Source: an uncultured archaeon
GTDB lineage: Archaea > Asgardarchaeota > Lokiarchaeia > Sigyniarchaeales > SOKP01
Direction of reading: 5' to 3'
Assembly: GCA_964388035.1 (NCBI GenBank)
Contig: CAYLZE010000029.1
Location: 1-49,350, forward strand
Length of the DNA stretch: 49,350 nt
Shown here: one piece after another, positions 27,350-37,116 of the stretch
Layout: every line of letters starts with the position of its first letter
How positions within the stretch are numbered: the stretch's first letter is position 1
Notes under the pieces: model-generated
Told to the model about the DNA's origin: nothing
The model's database searches: none
Seen by the model: the letters and a program-made list of their open reading frames with translations, nothing else
Position numbers and translations under genes: made by a program

Positions 27350-28717
27350 ATGGCAGATCAAGGAATAAGATTTCACTCAACGAATTTTCAGACAGCAGAA
27401 GTAGATTTTAAAACTGCTATTTTAAAAGGACAAGCCCTTGATAAAGGGCTTTACATGCTAAATGAGATTCCTAAATTTAGTTCTGACGAAATATATAATT
27501 TTAAGCGGGATAGCTTAATAGAGATTGGTTTCAAAGTCATCTCAAAAATAATAGGAAATAGCATTCCGCGACCGGACTTGCAAAAAATTCTTAAGCAGGC
27601 TTTAAATTTTAAACTACCTATAGCACGAATAGACAATAATGACTTCATTTGTTATTTAGATAAAGGACCCACGTGTAGTTTTAAAGATGTTGGTGCACGC
27701 ATATTAGCTCGAATAATGGAATATTTCATTAACCTTGAGAACAAGAATATCACGATTTTAACCGCTACTTCAGGTGACACGGGAGGAGCTGTTGCTCAGG
27801 CCTTTTATGGAATGAAAGGAATTAATGTAGTGGTCTTATACCCCAAACAAGAAATTAGTGAATTACAGAGAAAACAAATGACTACGCTAGATAAAAATGT
27901 CACTGCTTTAGGGATTGAAGGGAAATTTGATGATTGTCAAAGATTCGTGAAAACTGCCTTTGCAGACAACGACTTGATTGATTTAAATCTATCTTCTGCA
28001 AATTCAATCAATTTCGGAAGATTACTTCCCCAATCGCTCTATTACATGTGGAGTTACACCCAGATTATAGAACAAAAAGATGAGCAAGTTATATTCTCCG
28101 TGCCCTCGGGTAATTTTGGAAATTTGATGGGAGGTTTAATTGCATGCAACATGGGACTTCCCGTGAAAAAATTTATCGCCGCAGTAAATGAGAATGATGA
28201 GTTTCCCCGATTTTTAGAAACGGGTACTTATAAAAAAGTGGAGCCCTCTAAAAAATGCATTTCGAATGCCATGAACGTGGGAAATCCCTCAAATCTAGCC
28301 CGACTCATTGATCTTTATGGAGGACAAATGGATGAGAGAGGAAGCATGAAGAAATTACCAAACATGGAAGAGATTCGGCGAAATATCACGTCCTATTCAA
28401 TATCGGATGACTTAACAAAGAAAACCATTCAAAACTTTTATATAAAGTATAAAAAAATAATAGAGCCACACGGTGCTGTTGGATGGAATGCATTAAGGAA
28501 TTATAGGCACGCATTTCCTCGGGAAGTTTCTTATAAAGCCATTTCTTTTGAAACAGCAGATCCCGCGAAGTTTCCCGAAGAAATAATTTCTTTATTAAAA
28601 GTGAATCCAAAAATACCCCCTAGTTTAGAAAAGATCCAGAATCGTAAAGAAAACCTAATAACAGAAGAAATAAGCAATTATGCAGAATTTAAGGCATATC
28701 TAAAGTCTTGTTTTTAA
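27350..28717 (+). CDS. thrC: Threonine synthase
   Basis: GPTCSFKD (PLP lysine), ATSGDTG, SANSINFGRL, VPSGNFGN, TADPAKF. Confidence 0.96.
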   Translation: MADQGIRFHSTNFQTAEVDFKTAILKGQALDKGLYMLNEIPKFSSDEIYNFKRDSLIEIGFKVISKIIGNSIPRPDLQKILKQALNFKLPIARIDNNDFICYLDKGPTCSFKDVGARILARIMEYFINLENKNITILTATSGDTGGAVAQAFYGMKGINVVVLYPKQEISELQRKQMTTLDKNVTALGIEGKFDDCQRFVKTAFADNDLIDLNLSSANSINFGRLLPQSLYYMWSYTQIIEQKDEQVIFSVPSGNFGNLMGGLIACNMGLPVKKFIAAVNENDEFPRFLETGTYKKVEPSKKCISNAMNVGNPSNLARLIDLYGGQMDERGSMKKLPNMEEIRRNITSYSISDDLTKKTIQNFYIKYKKIIEPHGAVGWNALRNYRHAFPREVSYKAISFETADPAKFPEEIISLLKVNPKIPPSLEKIQNRKENLITEEISNYAEFKAYLKSCF

Positions 28718-28733
28718 TTTTTGATAAAAAAAA

Positions 28734-29642
28734 TCACTTAGAAAGGAGTTCTTTTAATTCTCTTTTAAAGATTTCAACTGCGGTTTCATTAAATTGATCG
28801 TTTTCTTTCAATATTACTAAATAATATGGGAGCTCGCTCCCGTCGAGAAGGATCGGCTTGAATAGGAAAAACTTATTAAAATGTTCTATTACCATTTCTT
28901 CCATGGAATTTTCAACATCTTCATCCGTAACAACAAATGCATCATTTAAGGTTAGCAAATAGGGCGTGGAGCTATAGAATATTTTTTTCGTATCTTCATT
29001 TTTATAATGTTCGCCTACAATAAGGGAATTGTCATCTAATAAAATTGCTCCATCTGCTGCCATTGCCTTAGCCAATAATTCTATTTGGCTATTTATTTCG
29101 GTCGATTTAGGATGGATTTCTAAGAAGATTTCAGATATGATTTTCATTAATTTAGCAAAATCGTAAATGGAAGTTTTGTAGAAGTATAATTTTTCGTAGT
29201 GCAAGTCGTTGCGAAGTTTATGCTCAATTTCCTCGCACTTTTTTTCAATTTCCATCTTTTGGGAATCGAATAGAAGAGGATCGTACTTATGAAAGAAAAT
29301 ATGTATCGTGGGTTGGAGCTCTAACTCTGTATATTTTTGGACCAGTTCCTTTAAATAATCTAGCGATTCGGGAATTCTTTCTTCATTTTGAATGTCAATG
29401 GTGTAAATGCAAATGGCCGTATTATCAAGATATTTATCAGGATTACTAATATATGTTATTCGATAAGTAGATTGCCCCCCCAAATCGTGCTCAGTAATGC
29501 TTTCTCCAAAAAATGTGAAAAATCTTCTTTCAATTCCTTTTGTTGGTTTCAAATAAGCGATTTTAGAAAATTCTCTTTGAAGTGACAAAATGATTGAACT
29601 TTTTCCTGCATCATCTAATCCTAAAAAAGTGATTTTTTTCAA
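28734..29642 (-). CDS. Rag/Gtr-type small GTPase with C-terminal roadblock domain (copy A)
   Basis: GLDDAGKS, PT, DLGGQ, Rag-type HKYD (G4) and TSIYD (G5); C-terminal ADGAILLDDNSLIVG. Confidence 0.88.
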   Translation of the reverse strand: MKKITFLGLDDAGKSSIILSLQREFSKIAYLKPTKGIERRFFTFFGESITEHDLGGQSTYRITYISNPDKYLDNTAICIYTIDIQNEERIPESLDYLKELVQKYTELELQPTIHIFFHKYDPLLFDSQKMEIEKKCEEIEHKLRNDLHYEKLYFYKTSIYDFAKLMKIISEIFLEIHPKSTEINSQIELLAKAMAADGAILLDDNSLIVGEHYKNEDTKKIFYSSTPYLLTLNDAFVVTDEDVENSMEEMVIEHFNKFFLFKPILLDGSELPYYLVILKENDQFNETAVEIFKRELKELLSK

Positions 29643-30121
29643 GTAATATTCTCGTGCTCTTTTAATTTAAGACATTAGAAAAACTTTAAATTAGATTGCT
29701 CTTCTCGGAATAAAATAAATATTCGAACAATTTATTTTTTTCTTTTTTAAATATTAAAAGTGAATAAAGTATGGGAAAATAATAAAGCAAATCTAGCAAG
29801 AGCAAGAATATCTTTCTATTACTCGAATAGTGTAGAATTGAGTACTTGTTGGCTTTATTTCCTCACATTCTCTCTCCCACAGTATTAATTTAATACACCA
29901 TCAAAATTCATCGAAGTTCGAGGATCTTGCTTTTTTATTACCCGATCTGATAGGAAGAAATTATCTCCTTTTCTGGAAAAACTAATATATTCTATAAATT
30001 AAAAATTAATCAAAAACGCAATATGAAATTATTAATACAAAACTTTATTTTTTAATGTTAGCATGTATTTAAAAGTGATATTATTTAATTCATGTGAACT
30101 TTATAAAACTTAGAAATAACA

Positions 30122-31081
30122 ATGAGCATCCCTTACCTTAACGAGAAGAAAAAAGAGTCCGAAGAAGCGGAAAAGATTCTTTTTACCGGATTGGATAATG
30201 CGGGGAAGACTACCATTATCTATGCATTACAAAGGGAGTTTTCAAAGATAGCACTCCTAAGACCCACGAGGGGGGCTCAGAGAAGGGTCTTCGACTTTCT
30301 GGGCAAGGAGATCGGCGAATGGGACCTTGGAGGACAATTAAAATACCGGATCAGTTATCTCAAGAATCCGAGTAAATATTTTGACAAAACTTCAATTTGT
30401 ATTTACGTCATAGACATCTTGGCAAAAACTCGATACCGAGAATCGATAGATTATTTGAAAGACGTGTTGGAAAAATTCAAGGAATTATGCATTTCGCCTC
30501 CTGTTTACATCTTGCTTCATAAATATGACCCCGCTTTAATTAAATCGGCAACTAATAAAATGAAAACTCTTGAACAGGATGTTAAAACAACCATAAGGCG
30601 AGAGATTTCCTATGATAAAGTATTTTTTTACAATACCACAATTTTCGATCTGCCTCAAATCTATAATGTCGTGTCTGAAATCTTTTTACAGCTATATCCG
30701 AAATCCGAATTAATTGATAAAATTATCAGAGAGTTCGCAATTAAAGTGCTAGCGAATGGGGTGGAAATCATAGATGATAATTCTTTAATAATTGGATCTT
30801 ATTATGATGGAGATGAAACGAAGCGGTTAATCTCTCGCTCCACGCCTTATTTCCTGACTCTAAACGAATCCTTTAAAAAGGCAGAAGCAATGGGAATTAC
30901 CTCAGAAGAAAAGAACCATATTTTGGTACAACGATTTCGTAAATATTTTATATTCAAAGAAATTTCCTTAGGAAATGATTCTCCACCTTATTTTCTGTTA
31001 ATTCTTAAAAGTAATCCGAATTATAACGTTGAAGATTTCGATGCTCTCTCAAATCTATTAAAAGAAATATTATATACATGA
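30122..31081 (+). CDS. Rag/Gtr-type small GTPase with C-terminal roadblock domain (copy B)
   Basis: GLDNAGKT, PT, WDLGGQ, HKYD, TTIFD; clear paralogue of copy A (LQREFSKIA, DDNSLI, STPY). Confidence 0.88.
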   Translation: MSIPYLNEKKKESEEAEKILFTGLDNAGKTTIIYALQREFSKIALLRPTRGAQRRVFDFLGKEIGEWDLGGQLKYRISYLKNPSKYFDKTSICIYVIDILAKTRYRESIDYLKDVLEKFKELCISPPVYILLHKYDPALIKSATNKMKTLEQDVKTTIRREISYDKVFFYNTTIFDLPQIYNVVSEIFLQLYPKSELIDKIIREFAIKVLANGVEIIDDNSLIIGSYYDGDETKRLISRSTPYFLTLNESFKKAEAMGITSEEKNHILVQRFRKYFIFKEISLGNDSPPYFLLILKSNPNYNVEDFDALSNLLKEILYT

Positions 31082-31272
31082 AAAAAAGATCAAAATGCAT
31101 TGAGCATTTTATCTTTTATAAGAATGTGGATAAAGGACATTGAATTAACTTAAATTTATATTTCTGAAACGTCTTCTTATTCATAAGCAAGTTAAATTAA
31201 TATCATTATTACTTGCACAAATATAAAGAAGATTTTGTTTTTAAACGAGAATATAGCAAGGAAATTGTAGTC

Positions 31273-32481
31273 ATGCGTATCTGTCCAAATTGCGGTGCCA
31301 CTAACTCAGAAGCTGATGGTAACGTGTGTCGAAAATGCGGAGCTCTCCTTCCTATTTCCTCTCAGCCACCACGGATGAGGATTTCTTTTGGGAAAAAGAA
31401 AGATAAAGCAGAAACTCAAATTCAATTTCCAAATAATACATCCGGGATTGAAATTGACCATCTTTCAAATCAAATAACCGCTGAGGCAAAATTTTTCGCC
31501 ACTACTAAAAAAAAACCTTCACTTCAAGAGAGTAATGAATTTGAATTAAATGAGATCCCTAAAGAAATGGAGACTGAATCCGGGAATCTTGAACAAGATG
31601 AAAAAACCAATCGGCAAATGCAGCAAGATGTAGATACTTTCCCCCCAACACCTACTGAGAATAGCCAGACTGGAGCGTATTTAAAAGAAATTCCAGTACG
31701 ACCTTTTGAAGGGTCCTTAATTACTAAAAAAGGAGTATTTGGATCCCCACGAGTTAGACAATCTGAGAATCAAAACTTAGAACAAGCTACAGATTCCAAT
31801 CTTGTTGCAGATTCCGCTAAATTTTTGGATAAAGAAGTATCTAGTCCCGGAATTTCAAATAAACGTCCTCAAGTATCTTCATTACCTAAAAAGAATATTT
31901 TAAAAGAGGATGCTCAACCAGCTATAAATGGATCTAAATCGCCCAAAAATGTCAATTCAGATGAATTAATCAATGACATGCAAAATGTACTTTCAGATCT
32001 TTCAAGTAAATTAGATATACCCGAGGAAGAAATAAAAAGTAACGCACAGCACGTAAAGGCAGTACCATCTAAGCACGACCTTGCTCCCAACAGCATGAAT
32101 GAGATCTTAGAAAATTTATTATCCTTGGACCTGCATATTGAAGCTGCCGCCATCTTAAAAGAAGATGGAAGCATTTTAGCTTCCGGAATTTCCAGCATGA
32201 TCTCTGACTCATTATTTGGGACAATCGGGAAAAACTTATCTTCTATTGGTAATGATATAATTGAATGGTTAAATGCTGGACCTTTAAGCAACATTTCTAT
32301 CAAGGGTCAGCACGGAATTCTAGATGTTGCTCCCATTGATAGAAGCGTCCCTGAATTGGAGAATTTAATCTTGATAATTTTTTCCCATCCTAAAGCTAAA
32401 AGAGGTATTATTAGGCTGGCAATAGGGATCGTGAAGAAAAATATCATGGAATATTTAGGAATCGATAAATATACTCCTTAA
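31273..32481 (+). CDS. Zinc ribbon + disordered linker + roadblock/LC7 domain protein
   Basis: CPNCG...CRKCG at the N-terminus (probable start ATG 31273), low-complexity middle, C-terminal IEAAAILKEDGSILAS...RGIIRL roadblock. Confidence 0.8.
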   Translation: MRICPNCGATNSEADGNVCRKCGALLPISSQPPRMRISFGKKKDKAETQIQFPNNTSGIEIDHLSNQITAEAKFFATTKKKPSLQESNEFELNEIPKEMETESGNLEQDEKTNRQMQQDVDTFPPTPTENSQTGAYLKEIPVRPFEGSLITKKGVFGSPRVRQSENQNLEQATDSNLVADSAKFLDKEVSSPGISNKRPQVSSLPKKNILKEDAQPAINGSKSPKNVNSDELINDMQNVLSDLSSKLDIPEEEIKSNAQHVKAVPSKHDLAPNSMNEILENLLSLDLHIEAAAILKEDGSILASGISSMISDSLFGTIGKNLSSIGNDIIEWLNAGPLSNISIKGQHGILDVAPIDRSVPELENLILIIFSHPKAKRGIIRLAIGIVKKNIMEYLGIDKYTP

Positions 32482-33281
32482 ATAATTCTTTTTTGACGAT
32501 AAATCTTACTAATCTTTATAATTCTTAGATATGGGATATTACATGTAATTTCTTGAAGAAATGCATTTAATCTATAAATAGAAACCAAAGGTACATCTTT
32601 AGCATTAAAACGCGAGCCATTTTCTTCTAAAGTGACGATAATTGGAATTAACATCAAGGGAAAATTAATTTTAGTGCGTGATGAAATTCCAATAGTTGAT
32701 TGAAGTAGACTTGAAAAGGTCTCGGGATTTTCTTTTAAGGCAAGGATTCTCTGAAGTTGAAGATTAGCGGCCTTATTAATAGAACTGAAAGAATCCTTTC
32801 TTTTCCATTGTTTTGCATCAATACAGAGAACATGAGGATTTTTAAAACCTATAACATCAATCTCATATCTTTTTTGTTTGGTTGCATGCTTAAAGGTTGA
32901 TTTATCGGAAAAATAGAAATTTTGGGTGGTGAAATACCCATTTATCTTTAATATTTCTTGGATTAAGGTCTCAAAATCATGGAAGCTTAACAAATTGGAC
33001 AAATCCCTGAGATCTTTCTGCAGAAACTCCATGGCTTCTAAAATAAAGGATATTTTATTGATTGCAACATGATTCCACCGCTCTCTTTTTAAAAAAGGAA
33101 GTTCATCAATGAGCAAGGCACATTCTTGCTCATCCAAGGTTTTAAAAGATTTGATCTTTGAAATTTCATGCCACACTTCATTTAGTTCTGCATCAGATTG
33201 AGCAAGGATGTGAAATATTTCCGAAAATACTTCCTTAATTCTAATGGAAGTGGAATACTTGACCATGTATTTTTCATTCAT
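32478..33281 (-). CDS. PD-(D/E)xK nuclease (Mrr/restriction endonuclease-like)
   Basis: FETLIQEIL...GY, YEIDVIG, IDAKQW. Confidence 0.8.
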   Translation of the reverse strand: MNEKYMVKYSTSIRIKEVFSEIFHILAQSDAELNEVWHEISKIKSFKTLDEQECALLIDELPFLKRERWNHVAINKISFILEAMEFLQKDLRDLSNLLSFHDFETLIQEILKINGYFTTQNFYFSDKSTFKHATKQKRYEIDVIGFKNPHVLCIDAKQWKRKDSFSSINKAANLQLQRILALKENPETFSSLLQSTIGISSRTKINFPLMLIPIIVTLEENGSRFNAKDVPLVSIYRLNAFLQEITCNIPYLRIIKISKIYRQKRII

Positions 33282-33486
33282 TTAATGAATTTTAAATAAG
33301 TAGAGGGTCATTATTTAGAAATTTATGAGAATAATTCGTGGTCATGGACGTTTTTTAGGACATTTCCTATTTTTTTAAACTATTCCCGATAAAATATACT
33401 TAAAAATTACCTAATCCATTAATAATAGTGTTTTTTAAGATTATCATGTATTTATCTAATGATAATTGAATTAAAAAGAGGTTGGG

Positions 33487-35319
33487 TTGATGAACGATTA
33501 TAACGGGGAATTCTTACCTAAAATTTTACCTAAGGTTTTTCGTACCGAAGGGGATATGGTCGATTATGATCCAAATAAAATCTTTATTAGCTTGATTAAA
33601 GAAACAAGAATGGAAGAAATGGATGCTAACAAGATTACTGAATTAGTTACCCGCAGAATTATCAGTTCAGGAATCAAATTCCTTTCAGGACCCCATATTC
33701 GGGAAATCGTATGCTCTATTTTATCGGAACAACATTATGAAAAGGAAAGAAAATTGTACACCAGGATCGGCATGCCGCTCATGGATTATGAAGATATGTT
33801 GGAAAATCCACCAAGAAATTTAGAAAGGTATCCCGAAAGAGTCCATCAAATTGCTGCGAATCAATTATCTGTGGAATATACTCATTTAAGAATTCTCAAT
33901 GAAGAGGAATCTCAAGCGCATCTTTATGGAGAAATTCATATTCATGGTTTAGAGTATTTCGATCAAAGACCTACGAGTCAAAATTGGGATCCCAGATTAA
34001 TTCTCAAATATGGTCTTCCTCCCATTCAAGCTTATCAAGAATGTTGTAAGTATAATCCTGCCAAAAATCTTGATGCAGCCATCTTACACTTGGCAAAATG
34101 GTTAGGAATGACCTCTCAAGAATTTAATGAACTTCAAGGGTATAATCTAATCAATATTTTTTTAGCTCCCTATATCATTGGATTAAAGCGGGAACAAATC
34201 GCACCAAAAATAGAAACCTTAATTTACGAATTAAATCAATTAAATCTCCTTACCGGTAGAAAAATTCCCATGACCTATCTTTCAACCCTACCTAGAATTA
34301 TTAATCCTCTCATGAAGGTTCCAGCCATTGGACCTAATGGTAGGGAACTCGACACTTATGAAGATTACCAAGAGGAAAGTTTAAATTTATTTAATATTAT
34401 AAGTGAAGTTTTCAAGAAAGGAATAAGTAATGGAAAACCCTTCACAAATCCAAAACATGTTATATTCATGGATTCACTCTATTATAATAATGCTAATGAT
34501 GAGGCATTTGAAGAGATATGGGAAGAAATTATCGGGCCTCATGTCCCTATTCTTATAAATTACAGAGAAAATGATATTTCAACAACCAATCCCTTTTTTT
34601 CTCCCTCAAAGACTTTATATAATCAAGGGATTCTTCAAAAAATTACTCTTAATTTACCTCGATATGCGTACATTTCAAGGGATGAAAGCGAGTTTTTTAA
34701 GGTGTTGAAGGAGAAAGTAAAATTGAGCACGGATATCTTTGAAAAAAAAAGAGAAATTATTAAAAAAAGGTTAATAAATAAACAATTACCTTTATGTAGT
34801 GGAGAATATGAAACTGGAAAAACAATCTTCAATTTAAATGAGCAGAAATCCTGTATCGGATTTATTGGCTTGAATGAAACGGTTAAAATCCTTACAGGAG
34901 AAGAACTTCATGAGTCAGAAAATGCCTTCCAGATGGGATTGAATGTAATAAAGACTATTGATGAATATTGCCATCAATTATCTTCCAAAAAAGAACATTC
35001 GCTTGCATTATTTGATTGTAACTCCTCAAAAGTACGTGCCAGGTTTGCACGACTTGATCTGAAGCATTTTTCCAAAAAAGCAAAGCTTATCATGAAAAAT
35101 TCTGAACCACAATATAGTGCATCCAGTAAATTTAAAGATCATCTTGCCATGAATCCAGAGTTAATAATAAAGAAACAAGGAGAATTTCATGAAATCATTA
35201 AAAATGAAGGTATTGAATACCTAGCCCTTAAAATTATTCAAAATATTCCGGATAAATTTAGGGATTTGGCTCTTACTGCTCTAAATCATTCGAAATTAAA
35301 TGCTTATACGTTTTACTAA
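33487..35319 (+). CDS. ATP-cone-containing class III ribonucleotide reductase (NrdD) homologue lacking the glycyl-radical domain
   Basis: N-terminal ATP cone; AHLYGEIHIH, ITLNLPRYA, IGFIGLNE core motifs; no C-terminal CxxC/CxxC or RxxGY. Confidence 0.82.
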   Translation: MMNDYNGEFLPKILPKVFRTEGDMVDYDPNKIFISLIKETRMEEMDANKITELVTRRIISSGIKFLSGPHIREIVCSILSEQHYEKERKLYTRIGMPLMDYEDMLENPPRNLERYPERVHQIAANQLSVEYTHLRILNEEESQAHLYGEIHIHGLEYFDQRPTSQNWDPRLILKYGLPPIQAYQECCKYNPAKNLDAAILHLAKWLGMTSQEFNELQGYNLINIFLAPYIIGLKREQIAPKIETLIYELNQLNLLTGRKIPMTYLSTLPRIINPLMKVPAIGPNGRELDTYEDYQEESLNLFNIISEVFKKGISNGKPFTNPKHVIFMDSLYYNNANDEAFEEIWEEIIGPHVPILINYRENDISTTNPFFSPSKTLYNQGILQKITLNLPRYAYISRDESEFFKVLKEKVKLSTDIFEKKREIIKKRLINKQLPLCSGEYETGKTIFNLNEQKSCIGFIGLNETVKILTGEELHESENAFQMGLNVIKTIDEYCHQLSSKKEHSLALFDCNSSKVRARFARLDLKHFSKKAKLIMKNSEPQYSASSKFKDHLAMNPELIIKKQGEFHEIIKNEGIEYLALKIIQNIPDKFRDLALTALNHSKLNAYTFY

Positions 35320-35497
35320 CACCAAATAAATGCTATTTTATGAATTTTATAATGAAATGATGAATTCCAAAATTTTATATAAGTTAAATTTACTTAATCT
35401 TTAAAGAGCTTCAATTATTTCATGTCGTGTAATTGAGTTTTTATGGCGTAATTTAAATAGATGAAACGTGATAAGCATCGTTTAACAGAAATTAAAT

Positions 35498-36913
35498 ATG
35501 AGCTTAAATAAAGATAATAAAATCATTCAATCGATAATCTTAAGCATTTTCGATGTGAACGGACCAACTCCCATAAATATCTGGCCTGCTACCCTTAGTG
35601 ATACGGATGGGCTTTTAATTGCTATTAAGACCATAAGTTTACTGATGGGGGAAAAAATATATCAATCCGGAACGGATACTGAAGGAGTAAATTATTTTGG
35701 TATTCTTCCCTTTCCTGATTTAGGGTTAAATGGCTTAACATACTTTTTTTTGATTCCCGATAAAAAAGCAAGAGGTAATGCCAAAGCAGCAACGATTACC
35801 ATCCTAATTAATCAAGAAAATAGCACTTTTTTTTACGATAATATGAAATACTTGCGAATTATAATGGATGCAACGGCAACTAAAATTCAGAAAACGCCCG
35901 ATTATGAATTTTATAAGAAGCCAATGGAAGATTTGCGCGAAGAACTCTTGGAATACACCAAAAAACTCAAGGACCCATTTTCTTCTAATAGAAAAATTAA
36001 AATTCTATTGAGTGGACTAGATCAAGCAGGAAAGACAAGTTTCTTGTTAGGGGTAAAAAAAAAGTATTCCGAAATCATCAAATCCATGCCCACAAAGGGA
36101 GTGTCTCGGTCTTCGGAGGAAATTTTTGCGGAACAAAATTCCCAAATCTCGGTGTGGGATATGGGAGGGCAAAGTAAATATAGAGAAAAATATATAGACC
36201 AATCAAAAGCTTATTTATACAATATTGATTTATTATACTATTTTATAGATGTACAAGACATAATAAGAACGGATGAATCTCTTTCACTTTATCAAACGAT
36301 CATAGAAAAATTAGTAGAGTTGGACGAGTATCCGCCTATTGTAATATTATTAACCAAATACGATCCAGACTTGAGAAATTCATCAGAAATTCAAAAAAAT
36401 GCAAGGAAAATCAAACAAAATGTGCAAAAATCCTCTCAAAACTTTTTTGCGAAAGTATTCGAAACGTCCATTTTTGATCAATGGTCTTTGATATCGGCAT
36501 ATTCCTTTGGTCTCTCTCAATTAAGTCCCAACAGAACACTATTTAGAAATCAATTAAAACAACTGGCTCATGACACTAGATCCAGCGCTTTACTACTATT
36601 GAATGAAAATGGTATCATTTTGTCTGATTTTGCTAAAGATCAAATATCTGGACGAGTATTTGAAATTTCTGCGCCTCATTTCCAAACCCTCTATAAAACT
36701 TTCAAGGAATTCAAGATGCTCGAGCAAGACTTTATTGTTTCATCAGGGGTTACGGATGAAGGAAAAAACGTGGTCTTCAAAAAAATTAAAGTTGATAAAT
36801 ATAATTTATATTTACTCTTTTTTCTAGATAAGAGCTCGGGAATAAACAGAATTAACAATTCTATTGGTAAATTTTCGGAAAATATTAAATCCATAATAAA
36901 GGTCTACATATAA
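35498..36913 (+). CDS. Longin/uDENN (folliculin/SMCR8-like) domain + Rag-like GTPase + roadblock fusion
   Basis: ILSIFDVNGP and FLIPDKKARG; GLDQAGKT, PT, WDMGGQ, TKYD, ETSIFD; LLLLNENGIILS. Confidence 0.86.
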   Translation: MSLNKDNKIIQSIILSIFDVNGPTPINIWPATLSDTDGLLIAIKTISLLMGEKIYQSGTDTEGVNYFGILPFPDLGLNGLTYFFLIPDKKARGNAKAATITILINQENSTFFYDNMKYLRIIMDATATKIQKTPDYEFYKKPMEDLREELLEYTKKLKDPFSSNRKIKILLSGLDQAGKTSFLLGVKKKYSEIIKSMPTKGVSRSSEEIFAEQNSQISVWDMGGQSKYREKYIDQSKAYLYNIDLLYYFIDVQDIIRTDESLSLYQTIIEKLVELDEYPPIVILLTKYDPDLRNSSEIQKNARKIKQNVQKSSQNFFAKVFETSIFDQWSLISAYSFGLSQLSPNRTLFRNQLKQLAHDTRSSALLLLNENGIILSDFAKDQISGRVFEISAPHFQTLYKTFKEFKMLEQDFIVSSGVTDEGKNVVFKKIKVDKYNLYLLFFLDKSSGINRINNSIGKFSENIKSIIKVYI

Positions 36914-37116
36914 TATCCTTTTATCTATCCCATCCTCTCTTTTCTAATTTTACTCTTATCTTTTTTGAAAGTTTAAGGAGATACCACAAAAACACCTTCT
37001 TTGAATTGAATTAAAAAAGCATGTTTAACTGGTTTTTAAAAGAATTAAAAATCTATAAAAATATAAACCAAAATTTCCATTATAATTCTAAATAATAGCA
37101 ATATCTTTCATTAATC

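Noticed and set aside
32478-33281. Nuclease as a Cas4, transposase or restriction-modification component
   Set aside because: No Cas4 Fe-S cysteines, no adjacent DNA methylase, and no terminal repeats.
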